Notes under the pieces: generated by a model
Seen by the model: only the letters and a program-made list of their open reading frames with translations
What the model was told of the DNA's origin: nothing
The model's database searches: none
Shown here: positions 46,190 to 56,500 of the stretch, one piece after another
How the letters are laid out: each line of letters begins with the position of its first letter
How positions within the stretch are numbered: position 1 is the first letter of the stretch
Assembly: GCA_001775755.1 (NCBI GenBank)
Contig: MEYF01000099.1
Location: forward strand, 5,739-69,738
Source: Candidatus Aminicenantes bacterium RBG_19FT_COMBO_65_30
Lineage (GTDB): Bacteria; Acidobacteriota; Aminicenantia; Aminicenantales; Saccharicenantaceae
Direction: 5' to 3'
DNA length: 64,000 nt
Position numbers and translations under genes: made by a program

Positions 46190-46501
46190 GCGCCCGAATC
46201 GCCTGGCGAAGCCTGGAGACCATGCATCGGGCTTATGCTGTGAACGGCGTCTGGCTCAGTCACGACGAAAAGGCCATCGGCCGGACCAAGGTCCTGCTGA
46301 CCCTCCTCGACGGCCGGGAGGTTTTCCGCGACCCCTCCTTCAAGGACTGAGATGGGTTGACTCCGAGGGCGGGGGGGCTTATTGTATCCTTAGGATCGGG
46401 AGGAGCCGACGCCGATGAATCTCCGGGTCGGCCGCCGGACGGGATTCATGATCCCGAACCCGGCGGACACCAAAAATCCTAGCAAAACAAGGGGGGAGAA
46501 C

Positions 46502-46798
46502 ATGTTCGCTCGCGTGACGACACTACCGTTCCTCGTCGAGAAGTACGACGAGGGTGTCCGCATCTTCAAAGAGAGCGTCGTGCCCGCTGCCAAGGCCCAG
46601 AAAGGCTTCCGGGCCGCCTTTCTGCTCGGAAACCGTAAGGACGGCCGCGGCCTCGCCCTGACCTTTTGGGACGACGAGGCCTCCGCCGTGGCCAACGAAG
46701 AGAACCTCTATTATCAGGAACAGTTGATCAAGTTCCTGCCCAACTTCACCTCGGACCCCATCCGCGAGGGCTTCGAAGTCGTCGTCGAGGCCCGCTGA
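46502..46798 (+). CDS. ABM-domain / Dabb-like small protein
   Basis: 99 aa MFARVTTLPFLVEKYDEGVRIFKES... with a ferredoxin-like pattern. GGGGGAG RBS. Confidence 0.55.
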   Translation: MFARVTTLPFLVEKYDEGVRIFKESVVPAAKAQKGFRAAFLLGNRKDGRGLALTFWDDEASAVANEENLYYQEQLIKFLPNFTSDPIREGFEVVVEAR

Positions 46799-46858
46799 GA
46801 CGCGGGGTTCTGTTTACTCCATCCCGTTTGTGTGCTATAAAATACGCTCGGTTAACCC

Positions 46859-47512
46859 ATGGATATCCGGCTGATTCTTGTCCAGGTCTTCGTGATATTA
46901 TTCGCCATCACCATTCACGAGGCCGCCCACGCCTGGACCGCTTCGAAGTTGGGCGATCCGACGGCGGCCGCCCTGGGCCGCGCCTCCCTCAATCCCCTCG
47001 TTCACATCGACCCGATCGGCACGATTCTCTTCCCCCTTCTCCTTATCGTCTTATCAAGAGGGCAAGGGCCGGTATTCGGATGGGCCAAGCCCGTCCCCTA
47101 CAATCCCTATAATCTCCGTCGGCCGCGCCAGGGCGGTCTGTGGATCTCGTTCGCCGGCCCGATCTCCAATCTCTTGACCGCGGGAGCCGCGATCCTTCTC
47201 TTCCAATTCCTCAAGCTCTTCGGTGCCCGCGTCCCGGATTCCTCGCTGCTCATCAAACCCCTTGGCGGGCTCAGCGTGATCCTCTTTGCCACGGCCCTGA
47301 TCAACACGGCTCTGGCGATCTTCAATCTCATCCCCATCCCCCCTCTCGACGGCAGCGGCATTCTGGCCGGGCTGCTGTCCGAAAAGGCCGCCGCGAAATA
47401 CGAGCGGATCAGGCCGTACGGATTTTTCATTCTCATCGCGCTGATGTACACCAACGTCCTGACGCTTATCTTCACGCCCATCCACAAGCTGATCGTCGTG
47501 CTGTTCACCTAG
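46859..47512 (+). CDS. Site-2 protease family (peptidase M50) membrane protein
   Basis: HEAAH zinc motif in TM1 and NLIPIPPLDG. A TTTACT-18-TATAAA promoter lies upstream. Confidence 0.8.
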   Translation: MDIRLILVQVFVILFAITIHEAAHAWTASKLGDPTAAALGRASLNPLVHIDPIGTILFPLLLIVLSRGQGPVFGWAKPVPYNPYNLRRPRQGGLWISFAGPISNLLTAGAAILLFQFLKLFGARVPDSSLLIKPLGGLSVILFATALINTALAIFNLIPIPPLDGSGILAGLLSEKAAAKYERIRPYGFFILIALMYTNVLTLIFTPIHKLIVVLFT

Positions 47513-47513
47513 C

Positions 47514-48314
47514 ATGCCTGAAACCGCCGCCGAGACCCTGCCGATCGAAGAGTCGCCCGTCCCGTCCCCGTCCGCCGAGTCGCCGGAGGGCTACCAGGTC
47601 CGGCTGGAGATCTTCGAAGGTCCCCTGGACCTGCTTCTCTTCCTCATCCGCAAGAAGAAGATCGACATCCACGACATCCCCATCGCCGCCATCACCCGCG
47701 ACTACCTCGACTACCTCGACCGCAAGACCGAGATCAACCTCGACCGCGAGGCCGAGTTCCTGTTCATCGCCGCGCTCCTGATTTACATCAAGTCGCAGAT
47801 GCTGCTGCCGCGGGAGACCGACCTGGCCGAGCATGAGGACCCGCGCCAGGGCCTGGTCAACCGCCTCCTCGAGTACGAGAAGGTCAAGGCCGCCTGCTCC
47901 CTCCTCCGGGAGCGGGAGGACGGCCAGATCGTCCAGTGGAAGAGGGATTTCATCCCCCCGCTCCACGGCGAGAACGAGCTCGAGCCGGTGGAACTCTCCC
48001 TCTTCGACCTGGCCGAATCCTTTTTCCTCATGATGAAGCGCCGGTCGGCCGACGACACCCGGACGATTCGCGGCCGGGACGTCTCGATCGAAGTCAAGAT
48101 GAAGGAGCTCGTCGGGCTCCTTCAGGAGCGGCACATGATCGATTTTCTCGAGTACTTCGAGGCCCACGCTTCGCTCGAGGAGGCCCTGGTCTCTTTTTTC
48201 TGCATCCTCGAGCTGGTCAAGTCCCGGGTGGCCGTCGCCGTCCAGGACGAGCTCTTCCAGACGATACGGGTCTGGCTCCGTAAGGATGCGCGCAGGACGG
48301 GTGCCCATGAATAG
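47514..48314 (+). CDS. scpA: Segregation and condensation protein A
   Basis: LEIFEGPLDLLLFLIRKKKIDIHDIPIA... Confidence 0.85.
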   Translation: MPETAAETLPIEESPVPSPSAESPEGYQVRLEIFEGPLDLLLFLIRKKKIDIHDIPIAAITRDYLDYLDRKTEINLDREAEFLFIAALLIYIKSQMLLPRETDLAEHEDPRQGLVNRLLEYEKVKAACSLLREREDGQIVQWKRDFIPPLHGENELEPVELSLFDLAESFFLMMKRRSADDTRTIRGRDVSIEVKMKELVGLLQERHMIDFLEYFEAHASLEEALVSFFCILELVKSRVAVAVQDELFQTIRVWLRKDARRTGAHE

Positions 48315-48855
48315 CCCTCTCAAGAACCTCATCGAATCGCTTATCTTCGTCTCCCAGGAGCCCTTGACCGCAGAACGGCTTCGGGCCGTCCTCGAGGGCG
48401 TTCCGGCGGCCGACATCCAAGCCGCCGCCGACGAGCTCATCGCCGACTACGCCACGGACGGCCGGGGCATCCACATCGTCCGCGTCGGAGGCGGCTGGCT
48501 GTTCTCGACCAAGCCCGCCCACGACCGCGAGGTCCGGAGGCTCCTCCAAATCGAGCGCAAGAACAGACTGTCGTCGGCCGGCCTCGAGACGCTGGCCGCA
48601 ATCGCCTACCGCCAGCCGGTGACCCAGTCCGAGGTCTCGGCCATTCGCGGCGTCGATTCGACCGGCGCGCTGAAGACGCTGCTCGAGAAGAAGCTGATCA
48701 AGATCGTCGGACGGAAGAAGGCGCCGGGCAGCCCGCTCGTCTACAGGACCTCCGACGCGTTCCTTCTCTACCTGGGGCTCAACAGCCTCGACGAGCTGCC
48801 CTCCGAGGAGGAGATCGCCAAGATCCTCGAAGAGGAGAAGGCCGTCGACGCCTAG
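48307..48855 (+). CDS. scpB: Segregation and condensation protein B
   Basis: LETLAAIAYRQPVTQSEVSAIRGV... The start is at Met 48307 and overlaps scpA. Confidence 0.85.
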   Translation: MNSPLKNLIESLIFVSQEPLTAERLRAVLEGVPAADIQAAADELIADYATDGRGIHIVRVGGGWLFSTKPAHDREVRRLLQIERKNRLSSAGLETLAAIAYRQPVTQSEVSAIRGVDSTGALKTLLEKKLIKIVGRKKAPGSPLVYRTSDAFLLYLGLNSLDELPSEEEIAKILEEEKAVDA

Positions 48856-48982
48856 CCCCTAAGTGTAGACGTGGCCTTGACTTAGAGTTGACAACGAGGA
48901 GTTTCTTGTATAGTATGAATCGTTCTTTCCGGGCCCTTGGAGAAGGGACGCCCCAGAATTTTCACGTCAGGAGCTTTGCGCC

Positions 48983-50731
48983 ATGACCGAGTCGACCAAA
49001 GAGCCGGACCGCGACGACAAGATGTCGTCCGAAGATTACGAGCACCTGCTCGACCGCTACGAGTACAGCACCAAAGAGATCACCATGGGGAAGATCCTCA
49101 AGGGCCGCGTCATCAAGCGGACCCCGACCCACGTCCTCGTCGACGTCGGCTTCAAGACCGAGGGCGTCATCCCCAACGAGGACTTCGCCGATCCCAAGGC
49201 CCTCGCGGAGCTGCGGCCCGGAAGCGAGATCGAGACCCTGCTCGAGAAGACCGACCTCAAGGACGGCTACCTCGTCCTGTCCAAGAAGCGCGCCGACGGC
49301 CTCCGCGCCATCGAGAACCTCAACCGCGCCTTCGAGCACGGCCAGACGGTCACGGGCACGGTGACGGAGAAGACCAAGGGCGGGTTCAACGTCGACGTCG
49401 GCATCCCGGCCTTCCTGCCCGAGTCCCACGTCGACATCCGGCCGGTCAGGGACGCCTCCGCCCTCATCGGGCAGACCTTCAAGTTCCGGGTCTTGAAATT
49501 CGACCGTAAAACCGAGAACGCCGTCCTGTCGCGCAAGCTCCTCCTCCAGGACGAGAGGGAGAAGAAGAAGAGGCGCATCTTCGGCAGCCTGGCCAAGGGG
49601 CAGAAGGTCACGGGCCACGTTAAGTCCTTGACCAACTTCGGCGCCTTCGTCGACCTCGGCGGCATCGAGGGCCTCCTTCATGTCTCGGACATTTCCTGGG
49701 GCAAGAGCACCCATCCCTCCGATCACCTGACCGCCGGCCAGGAGGTCGAAGTCATCGTCCTCGACTTCAACGAGAGGGACGAGAAGATCTCCCTCGGCCT
49801 CAAGCAGCTGACGCCCGATCCCTGGGCCAACATCGCCGAAAAATACCAGGCCGGGCAGAGGATCACCGGCAAGGTCTCCAGCCTGACCGACTTCGGCGCG
49901 TTCGTCGAGCTCGAGAAGGGTGTCGAGGGACTCGTCCACATCTCCGACCTGACCTGGTCCCGCAAGCTCGTCCACCCCAAGAAGGTCCTGAGCCCGGGCC
50001 AGGAGGTCGTCGTCACCATCCTCGACGTCAATCCGACAACGAAGCGGGTCTCCCTCGGCCTCAAACAAGCCTCCCCCCACCCCCTGGAGACCTTCCGGCA
50101 AAAGCACGGCGTCGGCGCCCGGATCAAGGGGACCGTGACCAGCCTGACGGACTTCGGCGCCTTTGTCGAGGTCGAGAAGGGCATCGAGGGACTCGTCCAC
50201 ATCTCCGACATCAGCTGGGAGAAGGTCAAGCACCCCTCCGAGAAGCTCCAGGCCGGCCAGGAGGTCGAGGTGCTCGTCCTCAACATCGACGTCGACAAGC
50301 AGAAGGTCTCCCTGGGCATGAAACAACTCGAGGGGGACATCTGGGAGGATTTCTTCAGCCGCCAGAAGGCCGGCGACATCGTCAAGGTCAAGATCGTCCG
50401 TCTGACGGACTTCGGCGCCTTCGTCGAGATCGTTCCAGGCATCGAGGGTGTGGTTTTCACCGCCGAGCTCGACGAGAAGAAGCTCGAGAAGCCCTCCGAC
50501 GCCTTCTCCGTCGGCGACGAGCGCAACGCCAAGATCATCCGGCTGAACCCCAAGGCCAAGAAGATCTCCCTGAGCTTCAAGCAGGCCGTGTACGATATGG
50601 AGAAGCAGGATTTCCAGCGCTTCATGGAATCGCAGAACGACCGGATGACCCTCGGCGACATCATGAAGGACCAGCTGAAAGGCATCAGCGCTCCGAAGAG
50701 GGGCGCCAAAAAGGAGGACTCCCATGATTAA
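48983..50731 (+). CDS. rpsA: 30S ribosomal protein S1 (six S1 domains)
   Basis: Repeated ...G.V..LTDFGAFVE...GL.HISD... S1 motifs. Promoter TTGACA...TAGTAT upstream. Confidence 0.9.
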   Translation: MTESTKEPDRDDKMSSEDYEHLLDRYEYSTKEITMGKILKGRVIKRTPTHVLVDVGFKTEGVIPNEDFADPKALAELRPGSEIETLLEKTDLKDGYLVLSKKRADGLRAIENLNRAFEHGQTVTGTVTEKTKGGFNVDVGIPAFLPESHVDIRPVRDASALIGQTFKFRVLKFDRKTENAVLSRKLLLQDEREKKKRRIFGSLAKGQKVTGHVKSLTNFGAFVDLGGIEGLLHVSDISWGKSTHPSDHLTAGQEVEVIVLDFNERDEKISLGLKQLTPDPWANIAEKYQAGQRITGKVSSLTDFGAFVELEKGVEGLVHISDLTWSRKLVHPKKVLSPGQEVVVTILDVNPTTKRVSLGLKQASPHPLETFRQKHGVGARIKGTVTSLTDFGAFVEVEKGIEGLVHISDISWEKVKHPSEKLQAGQEVEVLVLNIDVDKQKVSLGMKQLEGDIWEDFFSRQKAGDIVKVKIVRLTDFGAFVEIVPGIEGVVFTAELDEKKLEKPSDAFSVGDERNAKIIRLNPKAKKISLSFKQAVYDMEKQDFQRFMESQNDRMTLGDIMKDQLKGISAPKRGAKKEDSHD

Positions 50732-50999
50732 AGCGGATTTGATCAACAAGATCTCCCAGGAACTGGACATCCCGAAGCAGGAAGCCGAAGAAGGCGTGAA
50801 CCTGTTCTTCGAAACGATCCGCGAAGCCATCCTCCGCGGCGAGGAGATCGAGATCCGCGGCTTCGGCAGCTTCCGCTTCCGGAAACGGACCTCGCGGGCC
50901 GGGCGCAATCCCCGGACCGGCGAGCCGGTCAAGGTCCCGCCGAAGAAGGTCCTGTACTTCAAGCCGAGCAAGCTCCTCAAGGAGTTGATCAACAAGTAA
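50724..50999 (+). CDS. HU/IHF-family DNA-binding protein (IHF-beta-like)
   Basis: RGFGSFRFRKRTSRAGRNPRTGEPVKVPPKKVLYFKPSKLLKE. Confidence 0.85.
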   Translation: MIKADLINKISQELDIPKQEAEEGVNLFFETIREAILRGEEIEIRGFGSFRFRKRTSRAGRNPRTGEPVKVPPKKVLYFKPSKLLKELINK

Positions 51000-51541
51000 T
51001 GCGCTACATCTCCGCGCCCTGGAGAGCCGTCTACGTCCGCAGAGCCCCGAGCATGAAACGTTGCATCTTCTGCGAGGCCTTGAAGAGCCGCAACGACCGG
51101 GTCCCGGCCGTCCTTTTCCGCGGCCGCCGCAACTTCGTTCTGCTCAACAGGTACCCCTACACGCCCGGCCACCTCATGATCGCCCCCCGGCGGCACGTCG
51201 CGGACTTCGTCGAGGCCCGCCCCGACGAGCGGGCCGAGCTCGCCGAGCTCTTCCAGACCGCCCTCCGCGTCCTGCGCGCGGCCTACGCGCCCCACGGCTT
51301 CAACGCCGGTATGAACCTGGGTCCCAGCGCCGGCGCGGGCGTCGCCGGCCACTACCATCTCCACGTCGTCCCCCGCTGGACGGGGGACGCCAACTTCATG
51401 CCCCTCATCGGGGCCACCAAGGTCTTCATCGAGGACCTGGACACGACATACCAAAGACTGCGTCCCCTTTTCGACGAAGAGCGGCGACGCCGTGAGCGCG
51501 CGGGACGGGCCAAGCGCCGGGCCGCGGCTCCTTCGAGGTGA
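50999..51541 (+). CDS. HIT-family hydrolase
   Basis: The HYHLHVVPR histidine-triad motif. Confidence 0.8.
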   Translation: MRYISAPWRAVYVRRAPSMKRCIFCEALKSRNDRVPAVLFRGRRNFVLLNRYPYTPGHLMIAPRRHVADFVEARPDERAELAELFQTALRVLRAAYAPHGFNAGMNLGPSAGAGVAGHYHLHVVPRWTGDANFMPLIGATKVFIEDLDTTYQRLRPLFDEERRRRERAGRAKRRAAAPSR

Positions 51542-51545
51542 ACCC

Positions 51546-53474
51546 ATGCTGAAGACCATGAGACGCAACGTCAAGTCGCTCAAGCCCGTCCTTTGGCTCA
51601 TCGTCGCGACATTCGTCGTCGCCATTTTCGCCATTTGGGGCGGCGCGGGCCGCTTGGGCGAGGCCGGCCGGTCCGACACCCTGGCCATCGTCGGCGGCGA
51701 GAGGATCCTCTCCGACGAGTACTTCCAGGCCCTTCGCTCGCGGCTCGAGGCCATCGAGAAGCAGTTCGGCGACCTCAACGCCAACCTCATCCAGCAGCTC
51801 GGCGTCCCCCAGCAGACCCTGGAACAGATCGTCCAGCAGAGGCTCCTTCTCCGGATCGCCTCGGACATGGGCCTGCGGGCGACCGGCGAGGAGGTCCGGG
51901 CCAAGATCGTCGCTTACCCCGCGTTCCAGCAGAACGGACAGTTCATCGGCTTCGAGGACTACAAGCGGATCCTGGACTACAACCGCATCCCCCTCGGGGT
52001 TTTCGAGGACGGTCTGAGGCAGGACGTCGTCATCGGCAAGGTCGTCCGCGTCCTGACGGCCGGCATCTTCGTCACCGACGAGGAGGTCTGGGAGGGCTAC
52101 CGGAAGCAGAACGACACGGCCAAGATCGAGTACCTCGTCGCCGAGACGGCCAAGTCCGAGATCACCGGCACGCCGACCGAGGCCGAGCTCCGGGCCCACT
52201 TCGACAAGAACGCCTCGGGCTACAGGATCCCCGAGACGCGGACCGCCGACTATGTCGTCCTGAAGACCGACGACCTCAAGAAGGAGGTCGCGGTCAAGGA
52301 CGCCGAGATCGACAAGTACTACAGGGACAACGCGGCCCAATTCCAGGAGCCCGACAAGGTCCGGGCGAGCCGGATCTGGCTGCCGTTCACGGCCGCCGAC
52401 AAGGACGCGGTCCTGGCCCAGGCGCGCGAAGTCCAAAAAAGGGCCGCCGGCGGCGAGGAATTCGCCGGCCTGGCCCGGGCGTTCTCCAAGGACGACAAGG
52501 CCGCGTCGGGCGGCGACTGGGGGCTTTTCGACTGGAAATCCCTGACCGCCGCGGAGACCGAGGCCATCGGCATGCTCGACAAGGACGGCGTCTCCGGCAT
52601 CGTCGAGATCGACACGGGCGCGGCCGTGTTCAAGGTCACCGAGAAGGCCCCCGCCGTGACCAAGCCTCTGGCCGAGGTAAGCGCCACGATCAAGGGCCTC
52701 CTCGAGGACGAGAAGGCCCGGGCCCTGGTCGCCGAAAGGATCCAACGGCTCGAAAAGCTGGCCCGCAAGGAGAAGAGCCTCGACGTCGCCGCCCAGAAGG
52801 AAGGGCTCAAGGCTCTCCCGACCGGCCCCCTCAAGAAGGGCGACCCTCTGGGGGATTTCGATTCGTCCGGCTCCATCAGCGAGGCGCTCTTCGGCCTCAA
52901 GGAGAAGGAGATCTCCGCCCCCGTCTTCACCTACGCCGGCGAAGCCCTGGCTGAGCTCAAGACCGTCGAGCCGGAGCGGCCGGCGAAGTTCGAGGAGGTC
53001 AAGGACCGGGTCGAGAAGGACATCCTCGACACCTTGAAGAAGGAGAGGGCCCAGGCCCGGCTCCGGGAGATCGGGGCGACCCTCAAGGACGACTGGGGCG
53101 CCGCGGCCGCGAAGCTCAAGCTCGAGTACAAGTTCGTCGAGGCCCACAAGAAGGAGCAGTACCTGAGCCTCGTCGGGGAAAGGCCCGAGGTCGACAGCCT
53201 CGTCTTCAGCCTGCCCTTCAAGCAGGCGAGCGAACCGCTCGCCGTGGACGAGGGCTACGCCATCTTCCGCGTCCTCGAGAGGAAGGAAGCCACCCGGGAG
53301 GAGTTCGAGAAGGCCAAGGCCACGGAAAGGGACACTCTGCTCGAGCAGAAGAAGAACAAGTTCCTGCAGTCCTACATGGCCAAGGCCCGCGAGGAAAAGA
53401 AGGTCCGGATCAACTACGACACCTTCCTCCGCCTCAACAACGAAATCCTGGCGAGGTATTCGAAGACGCCCTGA
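51546..53474 (+). CDS. Periplasmic chaperone / peptidyl-prolyl isomerase PpiD-like (SurA N-terminal domain, parvulin-like domain)
   Basis: N-terminal TM helix (LKPVLWLIVATFVVAIFAIW), PpiD-like length and composition. Start at Met 51546. Confidence 0.7.
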   Translation: MLKTMRRNVKSLKPVLWLIVATFVVAIFAIWGGAGRLGEAGRSDTLAIVGGERILSDEYFQALRSRLEAIEKQFGDLNANLIQQLGVPQQTLEQIVQQRLLLRIASDMGLRATGEEVRAKIVAYPAFQQNGQFIGFEDYKRILDYNRIPLGVFEDGLRQDVVIGKVVRVLTAGIFVTDEEVWEGYRKQNDTAKIEYLVAETAKSEITGTPTEAELRAHFDKNASGYRIPETRTADYVVLKTDDLKKEVAVKDAEIDKYYRDNAAQFQEPDKVRASRIWLPFTAADKDAVLAQAREVQKRAAGGEEFAGLARAFSKDDKAASGGDWGLFDWKSLTAAETEAIGMLDKDGVSGIVEIDTGAAVFKVTEKAPAVTKPLAEVSATIKGLLEDEKARALVAERIQRLEKLARKEKSLDVAAQKEGLKALPTGPLKKGDPLGDFDSSGSISEALFGLKEKEISAPVFTYAGEALAELKTVEPERPAKFEEVKDRVEKDILDTLKKERAQARLREIGATLKDDWGAAAAKLKLEYKFVEAHKKEQYLSLVGERPEVDSLVFSLPFKQASEPLAVDEGYAIFRVLERKEATREEFEKAKATERDTLLEQKKNKFLQSYMAKAREEKKVRINYDTFLRLNNEILARYSKTP

Positions 53475-53527
53475 GTCCTGCCGCCTGAGTTTCGCCCGAT
53501 ACGAGCGAACTGAGAAAGGAGGTCGAG

Positions 53528-55531
53528 ATGGAGACGTCCCGAAAATCCCTCCCGCCCGAGGCCTACCAGGAGCTCGCTCCCGGGGAGGTCTACAAACCTT
53601 ACGTGCCGGCCGAGTCGGCCGTCCCGGAGGTCACGGTCCGCTCCGTCCTCTGGGGGCTGTTCATGTCGCTCTTCTTCACCTTCTCCATCGCCTACCTCGG
53701 GCTCAAGGTCGGCACGGTGCCCGAAGCCGCCATCCCCGTGGCCATCCTGGCCGTCGGCATCGGCTACGTATATAAGCGGAAGAGCACGATCCTCGAGAAC
53801 GTCATCCTCCAGTCGATCGGCGCCGCTTCGGGCGCCCTGGTGGCCGGGGCCATCTTCACCATCCCGGCGCTCTTTATCCTCGGCCTGCCGACGGACATCG
53901 TCAAGATCTTCCTTTCGACCTTCCTCGGCGGCTGCCTGGGCATCCTCTTCCTCATCCCCTTGCGCCGCTACTTCTGCGTGGAGCAGCACGGCAAGCTGCC
54001 CTTCCCGGAAGCCACGGCCACGACCGAGATCCTGGTCTCCGGCGAATCCGGCGGCAAGCAGGCCTGGGCCCTGATCCTTGGCGTCGCCGTCAGCGGCGTC
54101 TACGAGTTCCTGGCCATCGGCGTCCGGGCCTGGGACGAGCTCATCAACTTCCGCTTCCTGCCGTTCATGGACAACCTGGCCGTCAAGACCAAGATGGTCC
54201 TCAAGCTCGACGCCCTGTCCGCATTCCTCGGACTCGGCTACGTCATCGGCCTGCGCTACAACGCCGTCATCGTCGCCGGCGGGCTCCTGTCGCACTTCGC
54301 CTTCATCCCGGCCATCTGGTTCCTCGGCCAGCACGTCCCCGGGGCGGTCTATCCGGGCACGGTGCCCATCGTCCAGATGAGCGAAACCCAGATCTTCAGC
54401 ACCTACGTCCGCAACATCGGCATCGGCGCCATCTTTATGGCCGGCGTCCTGGGCATCATCAAGTCCATGCCGGTCATGATCAAGTCGTTCTCGCTCGGCT
54501 TCCGCGAGATTTTCAAGGGTCAGAAAGCGGGCGCGGCGGTGGAGCTGAGGACGAACCGCGACATCAAGATGAAGACGATCATCCTGGGGCTCCTGGCCAC
54601 GGCCGCCGGCCTCTTCCTCTATTTTCTCTGGATCTCGAACCTCAAGCTGGCCATCATCGGCGTCCTCATCTGCGTCCTCCTCTCGTTCCTGTTCACGACG
54701 GTCGCCGCCTACGCCATCGCCATCGTCGGGACGAATCCGGTCTCGGGCATGACCCTGATCACGATCATCCTGTCGAGCGTCATCCTCCTCGGGGCGGGAC
54801 TGTCGGGGGAGCAGGGGATGGCCGTCGCCCTGCTCATCGGCGCCGTCGTCTGCACGGCCCTGTCGATATCGGGGAGTTTCGTCACCGACCTCAAGATCGG
54901 CTACTGGCTCGGGGCGACGCCGAGGAACCAGGAGAGGTTCAAGTTCGCCGGAGTCTTGATCTCGGCCCTGACCGTGGGCATCGCCATCTACATCCTGGAC
55001 AAGGCCTTCTCGTTCCAGAGCGGGACGCTGGCCGCCCCCCAGGCCAACCTGATGGCGACCGTCATCAAGTCGATGATGTCGCGCGAGCCCGTGACCTGGC
55101 TCCTCTACGCGATGGGGGCCTCGGTGGCCCTCGTGGCCGAGCTGGCCAAGGTGCCGCCGCTGGCCTTCGCCCTGGGCATGTACCTGCCCCTGCCGCTGAC
55201 GACGCCGCTCCTCGTCGGCGGCTTCATCTCCCACCTGGTCAAGAAATCCACCAAGGACAAGGAGCTGGCCGAGCGCCGCAACAACCGCGGCACGCTCATC
55301 TCCTCCGGCTTCATCGCCGGCGGCGCCCTGATGGGCATCGTCCTGGCCGTCCTCAAACTGACCAATCTCGACCACTTCGTCAGCCTGGGGATTTCCATGG
55401 TTCTCGAGAACGGCCGCTGGGTCGACGGGACGCCCGCGGGCTGGTTCACGGGTTACGGCCAGATCATCAGTCTCGCGGCGTTCCTCATGCTCTGCGGCTT
55501 TGTCTACTGGGACGCGCGGCGTACAAAGTAA
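53528..55531 (+). CDS. OPT-family oligopeptide transporter
   Basis: 667 aa polytopic membrane protein with OPT-like sequence. Confidence 0.8.
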   Translation: METSRKSLPPEAYQELAPGEVYKPYVPAESAVPEVTVRSVLWGLFMSLFFTFSIAYLGLKVGTVPEAAIPVAILAVGIGYVYKRKSTILENVILQSIGAASGALVAGAIFTIPALFILGLPTDIVKIFLSTFLGGCLGILFLIPLRRYFCVEQHGKLPFPEATATTEILVSGESGGKQAWALILGVAVSGVYEFLAIGVRAWDELINFRFLPFMDNLAVKTKMVLKLDALSAFLGLGYVIGLRYNAVIVAGGLLSHFAFIPAIWFLGQHVPGAVYPGTVPIVQMSETQIFSTYVRNIGIGAIFMAGVLGIIKSMPVMIKSFSLGFREIFKGQKAGAAVELRTNRDIKMKTIILGLLATAAGLFLYFLWISNLKLAIIGVLICVLLSFLFTTVAAYAIAIVGTNPVSGMTLITIILSSVILLGAGLSGEQGMAVALLIGAVVCTALSISGSFVTDLKIGYWLGATPRNQERFKFAGVLISALTVGIAIYILDKAFSFQSGTLAAPQANLMATVIKSMMSREPVTWLLYAMGASVALVAELAKVPPLAFALGMYLPLPLTTPLLVGGFISHLVKKSTKDKELAERRNNRGTLISSGFIAGGALMGIVLAVLKLTNLDHFVSLGISMVLENGRWVDGTPAGWFTGYGQIISLAAFLMLCGFVYWDARRTK

Positions 55532-55549
55532 GAGATAAGGAGAGAAACC

Positions 55550-56497
55550 ATGAAAGCCAACAAGCTCTATTCGGCGGCCGACCGGGCCATCAACCAGGCC
55601 CTGCGGCTCAAACCCGGCGAGAAATACCTCCTGGTCACGGATAAGCAGAAGATGGACATCGCCGAGGCCCTGGCCTATTACGCGAAGCAGGCCGGCGCCG
55701 AGACGACGACTTACCTTATGACCGAGACCCTGCGGCCCATCACCGAGCCGACGCGGCAGTTCAAGGACCTCATCCGCAGCGCTTCAGCCACGACTTACCT
55801 CCTCGAAGGCCGGTTCCCGGAAAAGCCCTTCCGCGGCTTCATGGTCTCCGAGGGCGGCAAGCACGGCCGGATCTGCATGATGCCCGGCTTGACCCGGGAC
55901 ATGATGGAGCGTCTGGTCAACGTCGACTTCTCGGAGATGGATAAGTTCACGAAGAAGGTCATGCGGGCGATGAAGGACGCCGAGGACGTCGTCGTCGAGA
56001 ACCCGGCCGGGACGAGGATCGCCTTCAGCGTCAAGGGCCGGGCCTGGCACAACGACAACGGCAACATCAGCAAGAAGGGCATGCACGGCAACCTCCCGGC
56101 CGGCGAGTGCTACACGGCCCCGGTCGAGGAGACGTTCACGGGGAAGATCATCATCAGCCTCATCGACGATAAGCTCGGCCACGGGGAGATGACGTTCAAG
56201 CACGGCAAGCTGGTGGACTTCAAGGGCAAGGGCATCGCCGAGGTCATCGAGACGATCGGGGGGGACGAAACGGGGAAGATCATCGGCGAGTTCGGCATCG
56301 GCACGAACAAGGGCGCCCGGATTTGCCCCAATATGCTCGAGGCCGAGAAGGCCTTCGGCACGGTCCATTTCGCCATCGGCGATTCCTACGGTATCGGTAA
56401 GAACAAGAGCAAGTTCCACTTCGACGCTTTGGTCGACAAGGTGACGATCACGGCCAAGGGTAAAATCATCGCCAAGAACGGCAAGTTCCTCATTTAA
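55550..56497 (+). CDS. Aminopeptidase (M29/AmpS-like family)
   Basis: 315 aa with ...NLPAGECYTAPVEE... and GEFGIGTN. Confidence 0.65.
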   Translation: MKANKLYSAADRAINQALRLKPGEKYLLVTDKQKMDIAEALAYYAKQAGAETTTYLMTETLRPITEPTRQFKDLIRSASATTYLLEGRFPEKPFRGFMVSEGGKHGRICMMPGLTRDMMERLVNVDFSEMDKFTKKVMRAMKDAEDVVVENPAGTRIAFSVKGRAWHNDNGNISKKGMHGNLPAGECYTAPVEETFTGKIIISLIDDKLGHGEMTFKHGKLVDFKGKGIAEVIETIGGDETGKIIGEFGIGTNKGARICPNMLEAEKAFGTVHFAIGDSYGIGKNKSKFHFDALVDKVTITAKGKIIAKNGKFLI

Positions 56498-56500
56498 ATC

